Part shown: piece after piece, positions 1 to 11,000 of the stretch
How positions within the stretch are numbered: the stretch's first letter is position 1
How the letters are laid out: the number at the start of each line of letters is the position of its first letter
Assembly: GCA_008632985.1 (NCBI GenBank)
Contig: QPGO01000189.1
Location: 106,183-143,464, forward strand
Direction of reading: 5' to 3'
Length of the DNA: 37,282 nucleotides
DNA from: Psammoneis japonica
Lineage: Eukaryota
Position numbers and translations under genes: made by a program
The notes under the pieces: model-generated
What the model saw: only the letters and a program-made list of their open reading frames with translations
Told to the model about the DNA's origin: nothing
Databases searched by the model: none

Positions 1-1584
1 CTCCACCGACGTGCATGGGAAATGGTGCCAAGAACGGCAGATGTGAATGTGCCACCCGGCACATGGGCTTTCAAACTCAAACGACTCCCGGATGGTGCAC
101 CCTTGAAGTGCAAGGCACGACATTGCGTTCGCGGCGATCCACAGAAACACGGGATCGATTTTTTCGAGACCTGCGCGCCGGCAGTGCAATGGTCGTCCAT
201 GCGCCTTCTCCTCACCGCGGTGCTCAAGGAAGGTTGGACTGCACGTCAAGTGGACTGTGCTACAGCCTTCTGCCAAGCTGACATCAAGGAGAAGGCACAT
301 GTAGAGCCTCCCAAGGGTTTCCAGCCAAAATCGGGCGCCGATCTGGCACTGAAATTATTGAAAGGCCCACACGGCCTACGCCAGTCTCCCAAGTGCTTCT
401 ATGAAAAGCTGAGGGACGGATTGCTCGAAAGAGGATGGATTCAATCCGCCATTGACCCTTGTCTTTATTTCAAAAAGGGCATGTCATGTGTGGCACATGT
501 TGATGACACCGTGTTCGCCGGTGCATCGGCCCAAGCCTTGGAAGCAGAGATTGCCAAGTTGGGCATTTCTGATGATGAGCAACGCCATGTCTTTGATCTA
601 CGTGATGAAGGCGAAGTCGGTGACTTTCTAGGTGTCAAGATTCAAAAGCTCGAAGACGGCCGATTCCTCCTGACCCAACCCGGCCTAATTGAGAAAGTTC
701 TCCGCACCGCACAGATGACCAAGTGCAACGGCGCACCCACTCCTGCCTTGCCCACTCCTGCTGGCAGCGACACCGACGGGCCACCGTTCGACAAGCCTTA
801 TGACTGCCGTTCCGTGGTCGGCATGCTGATGCATCTAGCATCCAACAGCCGCCCGGACATTGCTTGCGCGACCCATCAAGTCGCACGGTTCTCCTGCGCA
901 CCCAAGGCCTCCCACGCTGCGGCTGTCAAGCGCATTCTTCGTCACCTGAAGGACACGGCCGACAAAGGACTCATCCTAACTCCAACCGCCGATCAACGAC
1001 TCGACTGCTATGTTGATGCTGATTTCGCGGGACTCTTCAGTGTTGAAGATGGACAAGATCCCACGTCTGTCAAGTCACGTGCGGGACATGTCATTTATTG
1101 TGCAGGATGTCCGATTGTCTGGGTGTCCAAGTTACAGACCCTCGTCGCACTCTCTGCCATGGAAGCCGAGTGTGTCGCCCTCTCCCAAGCGATGCGTGAT
1201 CTCATCCCCCTTCGCGAGATCGTGAAGGAAATCAACGCGCTCGTTTTCGGACAGCCGGACAGACAGACCGACATTTCGACACATTCGAAGGCTTTCCGAC
1301 ACGCCAACGACGGAACTGAGGATTCTCCCATTGACTCCACTAACCTCCCAGCATCCGTTGTGTACGAAGATAATGCTGCCTGCCTCCAATTCGCCCGCAT
1401 GCCAAAATTGTCCCCACGAACCAAGCACATCGGCATTCCCTGCCATTGGTTTCGTACTAAAGTTGAGGCTTTGGAGATCAAAATTGAGCCTGTGAGCTCA
1501 ACTGCACAGCTTGCTGACCAGTTTGCTAAAGGATTGACTGTTGATCTATTCTGTACTGGTCGCAAAGCCCTCATGGGCTGGTGA
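1..1584 (+). mobile_element. Ty1/Copia (CoDi-like) LTR retrotransposon A, RT-RNase H end of pol; frame open but mutated, 5' part outside window
   Basis: 520-aa ORF with Copia RT motifs (WAFKLKRLPDG..KARxCVRGD, GLRQSPK, DPCLY, HVDD at 496-507 in place of YVDD, SRPDIA) and RNase H motifs (CYVDADFAG, WVSKLQ, EAE, YEDN, RTKHI, ADQFxKGL). Most conserved Tyr residues are Cys or His. Confidence 0.95.
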
Positions 1585-1611
1585 CTGATAGTTCTCCTTC
1601 TCTTTTCGGTT

Positions 1612-1815
1612 GAGAGGGAGAGTCACGAGTCAACAACCGAGTCTGATTCACGGATGACGCTTCCGGTCATGGATCTCTTCTTCCGGAAGAAATGTCCGTT
1701 GAGTCTTCTAGCGACAGCAATCGGAGTGACACACACGACCGTTGGGTCATAATGTCATCTCCAATCCCTCGTGAGATCTTCTCACAATTCGTATCTTTGG
1801 CGTGTCTCATTGTCC
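1612..1815 (+). repeat. Polypurine tract (GAGAGGGAG, 1612-1620) and probable 3' LTR of Copia A; right end approximate
   Basis: Purine run 28 bp after the pol stop; the same PPT follows Copia B. No second LTR copy in the window to fix the boundary. Confidence 0.55.
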
Positions 1816-1822
1816 CAAAACT

Positions 1823-4800
1823 GCTTCTTGTCATCCTCTGTTGCATTGTACAACCTCAAGAGAGTCCTGAACTCTCCATCCTACACAGTGTGTTGTTGTG
1901 TCCCAAGTCTGATCCAACCAATGCACCCAAGCCCTCTTCTGATGAGGACGAGCTGGTCCGGACTGGGCTTCATTGTTGTGTGGTTGAGGACCCATCTCCT
2001 CCCACCCCGTGTGTTGCACACGTCTCCTGCAAGCCTGCTCCTGCATCTCAGAGGGAGTGCCCTCCAGTTCTTGTGGTCAAGACTGTCAAACCTGAAGATG
2101 CTGATGATTTCAGTGATTGCTTCAACAGCTGTGATGATCTCTTTTGGGACAACTCAATTGTCATGTTTCCAACCAAGCCCACCCCACCATCCATTGTTCC
2201 TGCCTTGGCCCCTCTGGCTCCTCTTGATGAACATTTCTTCAATGCCAAGTGCGAGCCCAAACCTGTGTTGGTCCCACCAGTTCCCAAGCTCACCATCCAT
2301 TGCTGTGGCATCTCCTCAAGCTCCCACTCTTCTGGATCTCTGCAATGCTTTGGAAAGGTCTCCTGTGGCTCATTTGCTCCTGGGATGATCCTCCTCCACC
2401 TCCTTGCCATGTCCGTGGCCTCCAGCACCAACCTGTGTTGCATCACCATCCTCATCATTGGGGCATGATTGTGTGCATGATTGCTCTTTGGCATTTTGTC
2501 TGTGGCAGCACTGCTCCTCCCCACCCCTTTCAGTCATTGGACCACCTCTCCTCTCAAACATTCCAAGTTGTCTCTGCTCTCAAACAGCATGTTGATCTGT
2601 CACCCGGTGCATTCGTTCAGCACCATGCCATCAAGGCCAGACAACTCAAATGTGAGTTAGCATGTTCAGAGGGAAACAAGTGAGACACATCCACTCTGCC
2701 TTTTGAGCTGTCCAAGTTGATGGACAAGAGTGAAGATGACGATTTCTTTGATGCACGCACAGAGCTGCCAGTTTGTCGGGAGTGCTTCTTTGATGCTGAA
2801 ACCTTCCATGAATCCAACTGCTCAAGCCCAGACATCTTTGGCATTGGCGACTTGTGTCACACCCACTTTTTCATTGGTTGCACTGCTGCTCCAGTGATTG
2901 CTCTGGAGGACATCCCTGCCTCTCATGCTTGGCATCCTCCCCTGCACTCTGTGCCATGTCTGGTGCAACACGACTCTCACGTCTTGCCACCAATCCCCAA
3001 GCCCTCTTCCACATTGGACCTCATGGACCTCCAGGTCATTTTTGATGCTGGTGCTTCACAGGCTGGCACACCTGACACCAATGACTTTGATGGTCCTGTC
3101 AGCTGTTTTTGCACTCCACTTGCCCTTGGCAGCATGGCTGACAGAATGCAAATTGTTGGCGAGGGCACCGTCACTTGGACCTTTCAAGCCAGGGAGGGCC
3201 ACAAAATCACTGGCCAGCTCTGCGCCTGTCTCGTGCCATCCTCCAAGGTTTGGCTCCTCTCTCCACACATTGTCTCTTCCATGCAGATGGTGTCAAAGGA
3301 CATTTTTAAGGCAAGAGCAAGATTTTCAAGGTTTGCTTTGATGAGACACCAGAGCTCACACTCAAGTGTGACAAGAACGCTCCCACTTGCCAATTGGCTG
3401 TGCAACTCTTGGCTCAATCCATGCACCACAAGTCAATCTGAGTGCAATCAGCAACCCAGACAATCTAAATCTGTCCACTGGACAGAAGCTCCTCAATGAA
3501 TGGCATGCACACTTTGGGCATCTCAATTGTCCCAGGATCCAAGCTCTTCTCCAAGGCCATCCATTCGAGGCAATGAAGTTCAAGGCTGCATCCAAGTGTG
3601 ATGTTCCCAAGTGTGACACATGCAAACATGCCAAGGCTCATCACCGTTCTTCATGGTCTGCTGTCAAGAAATCCAACCCTGAGCACAATGGGGCTTTGAA
3701 AGCTGAGCATCTCCAGCCCGGCCAGTCCATCAGCATGGATCACTTCAAATCGTGTCTCAAGGGCTGCACCTGCAATTCCCATGGAAAACCCTCCTCCCAG
3801 CAGCACACTGGCAGCTGTGTCTTTGTCAACCATGCCTCTGGTTACATCCACCTTGAACATCAAGTCAGACTCTCTGCTGTTGAAGCTGTTCAAGCAAAAC
3901 AGGCATGTGAGACCATGGCAATGGGACACGGCATGCCAGCAGCACTTTCAAGGCCAATCAGTTCATCTCCCATGTCCACAACTCCCAGCAATGCATGCAC
4001 TTCTGTGGCACAAATGCTCATCATCAAAATGGAGTTGCCGAGCACTCTGTTTGGCTGGCATCCAACATGGCTTGCGCCGCGATCCTCCATGCCTCCATTC
4101 GCTGGCATGGCAGTGTCAACAGCTCTCTTTGGCCCATGGCAGCCCACTGTGCTTCCCACATCTGCAACACCACTCCCGGCTTCCACGGTCTGTGTGGTTC
4201 CACCAACATCCATGCTGGCTCTGCCGTCCCACACCACCACCTCCGTGATCTCCATGTTTGGGGGTGTCCCGTCCGCATCTTGGATCCCAAGTTGCAGGAA
4301 GGGAAGAAACTTCCCAGTTGGCAGCTGCGTTCTTGGCACATGGTGTCTTTCTTGGTCTCAGCAACATTCATGCCAGTGAGGTGCCTCTGGTCCTCAATCT
4401 CAATGCTGGCTCCATTCATTTCTCCCCAGCACCACATTGCATTTGATGATCTCTTCACCATGGCTGCTTGTTTGATTGCAAGGGAGAGTGAGCCACCAGA
4501 TCACTGGGAAGAGTTGTGGTTGGAGAACACCACCCAAATCCCTTTAGACTCGTCCAACAGGCTGTTGTTTCTTCAAGATGACTGGCTCACTCCTGCTGAA
4601 CTTGAGCAGAAACAACAACATGAGACCAGGGAATGCAGTGTCTGAGCTGCACATTAACAGCAGCCAAACTTGCCACATCCCTCCAAGAAATCACAACGAG
4701 CAGCAGATTCTTTGCCATCCACAAGTCCACCATCTTCTGTGCCACAGATGTCAACAACTGCAGTTGATCTGTCACCACCACCATCGCCACCACACCAATG

Positions 4801-5401
4801 CCGTTGCTCCAAAACCCATCATTGCCAATGCCATCAGTTGATGATCCTCCGCCTTCAGTCTCACATCCACCACCCACTGGTGGCGATGGTCCAGACATGT
4901 CAGTCCCATCCATGACTGCTCCAGCCCCACCTGTGCCCTCATCAACAACTGAAACGCTGACTGTGTGTTGCTCTCAAGGGTTGAACACGGGTGTGCGCAA
5001 AACTGCTCTTTTTGCAGACGAAGTGTGTCTGGCCTTTGTGATCCCTGACAAGGTGGGGCACAACAGGCTCAGCTTGCCCACTTGGCTGAGATCCAGGCTG
5101 ACTGTGATTCAGGTGTTTTGCACATTCAGGACCCGCGGATCTACACCGCTGAGGTCAAACACGATGTGCATGATCCCAATGTTTGCAAGGCTCCCTCGGG
5201 CAATTTTGCCAAGCAATGCATTGAAGCCATGAAGACCAAGGCATTTGCTCTTGTCCACCATAAAACGTGGCAATTTGTGAAGTGCAAGAAGTCTGTGAAT
5301 GTGCTCAAGTCCACGCGGGCATTCAAGTTGAAACGATTGCCGGATGGCACACCTCTCAACTTCAAGGTGCAATTTTGTGTCTGTGGAGATCTGCAAAAAG
5401 A
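1823..5401 (+). mobile_element. Degenerate Copia B, 5' part (gag end, protease, GAG-pre-integrase, integrase, RT start)
   Basis: Protease VIFDAGAS (about 3035-3058, expected DTGAS); WHAHFGH..CDTC zinc-binding region (3500-3630); integrase HASGYIHLEHQ and HHQNGVAE (about 3830-4040); VWGCPV.ILDPKLQEGKKLP; RT start KLKRLPDGTPLNFKVQFCVCGDLQK ending at the LINE insertion. Many frameshifts; left boundary approximate. Confidence 0.88.
5386..5401 (+). repeat. 16-bp target-site duplication of the LINE (GAGATCTGCAAAAAGA), partner at 13973-13988
   Basis: Identical 16-mer on both sides. Removing the insert restores Copia RT ...CGDLQK-EGVNCFETCSPVVQW. Confidence 0.93.
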
Positions 5402-7272
5402 TAAAATGAAACCCAAAGTCTGCATTTTAAGTGCTGCTGCGCTTCCACCCTGCAACTCTGGCAACAAGCTAACCCACACTCCCAGCACACGTTGTGCAGG
5501 AGGAGCATGTGACAATTGGCCAGCATTGGCATTGCCGTCAGGCGATGCCAAACCAAAGCAACTGGTGACAGAACACATGCCCCGCAAAGCAAGCCGTTTG
5601 GCTTCCTTGATGCCAGACTTGAACATGGGCTTTGCCACAGCCAACCAGTTTCTCAGCTGATGAGCAGAGTGTGTCAAATGTTCTTTGACCAAATCAAACA
5701 GCTGTGACCTGTCTTTAGCCAAGCAATTGTCCATCTTGGAGCAAATGGCACACAATCTTCTGCTTCAGCACCCCGTTGTTGAGCTGATTTCCCAGTTTCA
5801 GAATCATGACAGTGCACCACATCATTGTGCAAATCCCACAGTTTCCACCATTTGGACCAAACAAAGCCACCAATTGTTGCCACCCAATCAAGTCTTTTCT
5901 CTTTGTCTGACAGTGAGCAACAAATGCGTGTCTCCAACAAGTGTGACAGCTGTGCTTCATTCCATGAAGCAGAGAACCTGCCACTGAAAATGTGCCACCA
6001 CCCATCCAATGTCTTCTTGTGAGTGAAACACAGCGTGGGCACTGCAATGAACATCATCAATGCAAAGCACTTCTTCTTGGAACCAGCCATCTAAAGCACA
6101 AAGAAGCATGTCTTGAAGTGCCGCGGACATGTTGATGTCATCACACTTTTTCCGGAGACCTTGAAGAAAGGTTTGTCACCACGCTTCATTGTGAGGGCAA
6201 CGGAGGATGTGATCGCGATCCTCCAGGGGGTGTTGGCAGTGAGTGCAACAGTTGGGACAGGTGGGATTGTGCCAATGAATGATCTTGTTGGTTGGAAGAA
6301 GATCTTGAACCAATTTTACCGCGCTGACCTTGCGCCTGACATTTTGTGACATGAGCTTTGAATGGACAGACCAGTCAACAGATCAAAACACTTCCTTGGA
6401 CCACCCACATTTCTCTCTCATGTGCTGCATCAAGGCAGGAATTGAAGCCTCACATCAAAGGACCGATTGGAACTTGGAGGTTTGGGTGCTGCCCTGAACA
6501 TGCAGGGCAGCGGCGCAACTGGGCATTGGGGGAGCTGTTGAAGTGTCGCTGTTGCACACACCTTGAAATCAAGTTGCCAGCATGTCAGCCCTGAAATTCA
6601 ATTTTGCAGGAGGGGATGGTGCATTGAATGGAGCATCTTTGTCCTGGTGTTCTTTAACCCAGTGCATGGACATGGAAGTGCCAGACTGTTGTGCAAATTC
6701 CTTTTCGTGCACCTGGTTCAATGACACAAAAAAAATCATGGAGAACATCCCAGTCGGGAGCCAAAGTGTCAGAAATGTGGTGACGGTGTCAACAATTGCG
6801 TTCTTTGTCCATCTCCTTGTTGTTGTCCAGGCACGGAGGCAAGGCCTTGAAGTTCTCAATGTTGTGCACCAGGGAAGAGTTGTCACAATGGCAGCCAATG
6901 CCCTTTTGAAAGGTGCGGTTGCAAAATTCCATCACGCGAAGAATGAATTGCACCACAGACAGAAAACCACAGGCTTCAGCACGACATGATGAAGGCCAAA
7001 AACAAACATCAGACCAGCACAGTCCACCAGATGAACACCATTGATCACCAACGTCCAGCAAAAGTGCCGTTAAAGTGTGCGATGGAGCCATTGCTCCCAA
7101 CGGTCACCCAACACTGAGACATTGATTCCGCCAGTTCAAACACAGACAAGTGCATGGTCAGATTGCAGAACAAAGAAGATTCCCATTTGGGCAGGGACTG
7201 CAACCATGCAACAAAGTCTCCAGGGATCAGAAGGTTGGAAGGAACTGAAACCGGGGAACAAGTGGACCTGAG

Positions 7273-8085
7273 ACCCGTCGCAGTCGTGACGAAGGGGTGT
7301 AATTCGGGGTGTAATTTTGGGGTGTAAAAACGCGCGTCGCGCGTTTTTACACCCCTCAAAAAAAAATACAGCCAACAATTACCCGTCTTGAGGCATGTAA
7401 TTTTTGCCTGTAATTTTTGGTAAGTGCCTGTAATTTTTCGTACGAAAACAGACTCATCATCGTCCATGACGGCAACAAACATCAGAATGTCGAACAACAA
7501 TGGCAACCAACAATCAACGACGAACTTCAACCAGTAAGAGATGCAAGAACTCGTTGATGGGGAACTATTATGATATATTTATGAAAGAAATAATGGCGAA
7601 AAACGATGAGATTGCCATCAACGGACAACAAAATGAATGCAAGTTCATGCCATTTCAGAAGAAAAACGCGTCATATGGTCGCTGAAACCTTGGCTATGGA
7701 TACAATAGTAACATATGATGTTAATCACGTTATTGTAAATGTACTAGACTTGTCAGAACAATGATTTGATATGCGTAAGGTCGCAGCGGAGCCGCCGAAC
7801 GCCATGGTGTTTTGATGCTGTCAATAGAATGTTCAGTTACGCGTACAAATAAGTTCATTAAAATTAGAGATATAGAGTTATTCCTGCTTTATTATCAACA
7901 ATTCTTGAGGAGTATATATTCAATGAATATATCATTCCTCGCAGAATTACAGGCATCCAATTTCACACTCTCGCAGTCGTGAGAAAATCGGGTGTAATTT
8001 TGGGGTGTAAATTCGCGCGATGCGCGTTTTTACACCCCCAAATTACACCCCGAATTACACCCCAATTTCCACGACTGCGACGGGT
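7273..8085. mobile_element. 813-bp non-autonomous TIR element (MITE-like) inserted in the LINE
   Basis: Termini ACCCGTCGCAGTCGTG...CACGACTGCGACGGGT; 5-bp TSD CTGAG (7268-7272 and 8086-8090); subterminal GGGGTGTAA repeats in inverted orientation. The empty site restores the LINE frame (QWCLRSTCSPVS). No transposase ORF. Confidence 0.92.
7319..7355. repeat. Perfect 18-bp-arm palindrome
   Basis: GGGGTGTAAAAACGCGCG-T-CGCGCGTTTTTACACCCC. Confidence 0.95.
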
Positions 8086-11000
8086 CTGAGACACCATTGA
8101 CCGTCGCTGGCAGTGTCAACCATGACAGGAGAAGCCAAAGAAGACAAATCTGGAACAGTCTCCAACTGACGTAAGGACTCGGCATGTCCATCCTTGACCA
8201 CACATGCATTGCAACCAAGATGAGATCAAATGCACAAGAACTCCTTGGATGGTTCGTAGCATGCCAGAGAAAGTGCACGCACATTTTGTTGACAGGAACA
8301 ACCCACTGGCCCAAAGGACATTTCAGTGCAGGAGTGACATCCTTGCATGGAAGTGCACAAGCTTGACACCATTGCTTCCAAGCCCTGGCAGACGGGGACA
8401 CTTGTTCCACAGGATCAAGAGATGAAGAACCACTCAGAAGCAAGTGCTCACCTTTCAACTTGAATGCATCCAGTTGTCTGCCATCTGGGAGAGTGACATC
8501 CAACACTGTGGGCACTCGAAGACAAAGCCTGCAGCAGTCAACCCATTGGATTTCCCATTCAGTAAATTTGCCGGATGCCATGACAACATCCACGTGGTGT
8601 GTTGATCATTGTCACGCTGGAGAGGCAATGCACTGGTGTCATCCAGATCAAAGGAAGCATTGACACATGCCAGGAATGATCAAAGGGACATGAACCATTT
8701 GGATTTGGAGTGGGGTGGTTTAGAGTGGACGTCCTTTAAAAAGCTCACTCCAGCACCCAGATGGAGTTGGACCCATGATGCTGTGATGTGGGAAAGAACT
8801 CAAGGCTGACCGTGACCGCGCCAATGTTGGAGAAACTGCAAGCACTGAGATGCACCTTGCTCAACATCTAGCAAGCAAAAGCCACCTCCTTTGAGAGCAC
8901 AAGGGCCAAACAATGCACCCCATTTGGTGCTCCAATTGCAACCACATTTGGCAAAGACAGTGCGCATTGCTTTCCACTGGATCTCCAGCAGCTCCTTGGG
9001 CAAGAAACAAGTTTTCTCGAGTGCACACGTCACAGAAGACAAGCAGCATGCAAAATGGTGAGTCCATGCTTCATGTCAATCCAAAGGGCATGACCAGAGA
9101 AAAAGGGCAATGCCATCACTCTTCTTCTTCAGTGCAGAGCATTGCATCTTCTGAGTGGCAGCGGGAGACTTGCAGTGGCCAAGAGGAGTCTTGTGGGATG
9201 AGTGGGATGACAATTGGGTGCTGGACCTTTTTGCAGTGCAATCAGTGGAGAACATCTTGGTGTTGATGTTGTCATGGAACGGGTGCAAACATGGTTCACC
9301 ATCTTCTGCAAACATCCATTCAACAGCATGAAAGGAGCACTTTGGGAGTTCAAGCTCGTGTCCCACTGCATTGAACAAATTGCACCACAATTGGTTGTCT
9401 TCTTGCATTTTCAGGGCCAAGTCTACAGCGGAAGGTTGAGGAGAAGCACAAAAATCATTGACTTGCTTGGAGGTGTCATCGACACATCCATGGATGTAAA
9501 TCTTGAGAGGCTGTTGTTGATGGGCGATTCAAAGTGCATGCCATGTGCCATTTTGTCAAATGGCCAAAACAAACTGTTGCGTGTTTGGTTCCAACAAAAG
9601 GGGGAATTGCCACCACCTTGTCCTGTGCCACAAATGGGAAAGTCAATGCAGTGAGAATGCAATGTCTCCAAAAGGCCAAGGACCATTTTCAACCAATGTC
9701 TGGTGCACCTTCCAAGGTTGCATTTGTGGACTGAGTGATCTCTTTGTGCATGCCGTTGCTTCTTCTCTCCAAAGCCGTTAGTGCCGGAATGTTGTGATTG
9801 CAACAGGAGGTGCAATCATTGTCATTGCAAACAGCGGTCTTCCAAGACACTCTGCTGATCTCCAACATGAGTTCTTCTGAGCACACGAGGGAGTTGGCAT
9901 TCAAGAATGGTCTGGTTCCATAAATGCTGGGATTGCACAAATGCTTGTGTTCCTCATTCTGAGCAAGAGAACTCCACTTCATGCTGGAGACAAGCTGAAA
10001 ATTGGCTTGTTAAACATGAATGACTCTGAGGCGGTGAATCTTGTTGTTGCCGGGCTCTTTGAAGATCATGGCATTGATGACATCTTTCCATCGGTCACAC
10101 AAATGTCCCCATCATAAAGCGCAGTTCAGCAAGTTGAGGCAAATTTGAGTCAAAGACTGCTGCATCACTTGATCCAGCAACACACGTTCCGGGGCAGGCT
10201 TGCCGTCAGCTGTTTGAGAGTGCGAGTGAGCATGAGGGGCGTGCATTGCTTTCCAATGCCCCAGGTGAAGGCCTGAATGAATGGACATTGATGTTGACTC
10301 TTTCCAAGGTTTGATCTTTCCTTCAAGGTCTTGAGTGGCAAGAAAGGAAGAGACTGAGACTGGAGACCTGCATTGCAAATGTTCAACAAACCAAGATGTT
10401 GCCTCATTGAGAGAAAATGTGTTGCATTCTCCATCCAAGATGAGATCCAACACAACAGTGTCTCCCGTGTGACCCAGATCAACAGACAAGGGGGGAACAG
10501 CAGGTGGAGCACCACGGGCCTGTCCAAAGTGTTTCTGGTTGCGTGATCGAAGAGCCACTGCCAACTCTTCTGGTGCATCAACAGTGGCCCAGTCTGTGCA
10601 TTCCTTTGGGTGAACAGCGGGGTTTCAAGGGACCTGAACACTGTTGATGCCGGTGTCGCATTGAGCTTTACATGAGTTGATCTTTCAAAACAACTTGATG
10701 GTCTCCACTGCTTTGCGGATGTTTTGTGGGATGGCAGCAGCCTTCTTCCTGGATGCCTTCATTCCCTCGAGATCCAACTGTGCAATCTCATTGGCAATCT
10801 CATTTTCCTGATGCACGACACTCTCAGCTGCAACCTGTTTGCACTCCGATTGTGCTTTGCACAGAGCCTGTTGACATTCCTGAAAGGTGGATGGAATGCT
10901 GAATGTCCCGGTGAGGTGAGAATGGATTTGTTGAATTTGGGCCACATGATCCAGATGGGTGCGCATCATCAACAGGATGCAAGTGAGGATGTGCACACGA

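Noticed and set aside
7294..8063. GGGGTGTAA repeats as CRISPR array or telomeric repeat
   Set aside because: Few copies, no unique spacers, inverted arrangement inside TIRs; eukaryotic context with no cas genes.
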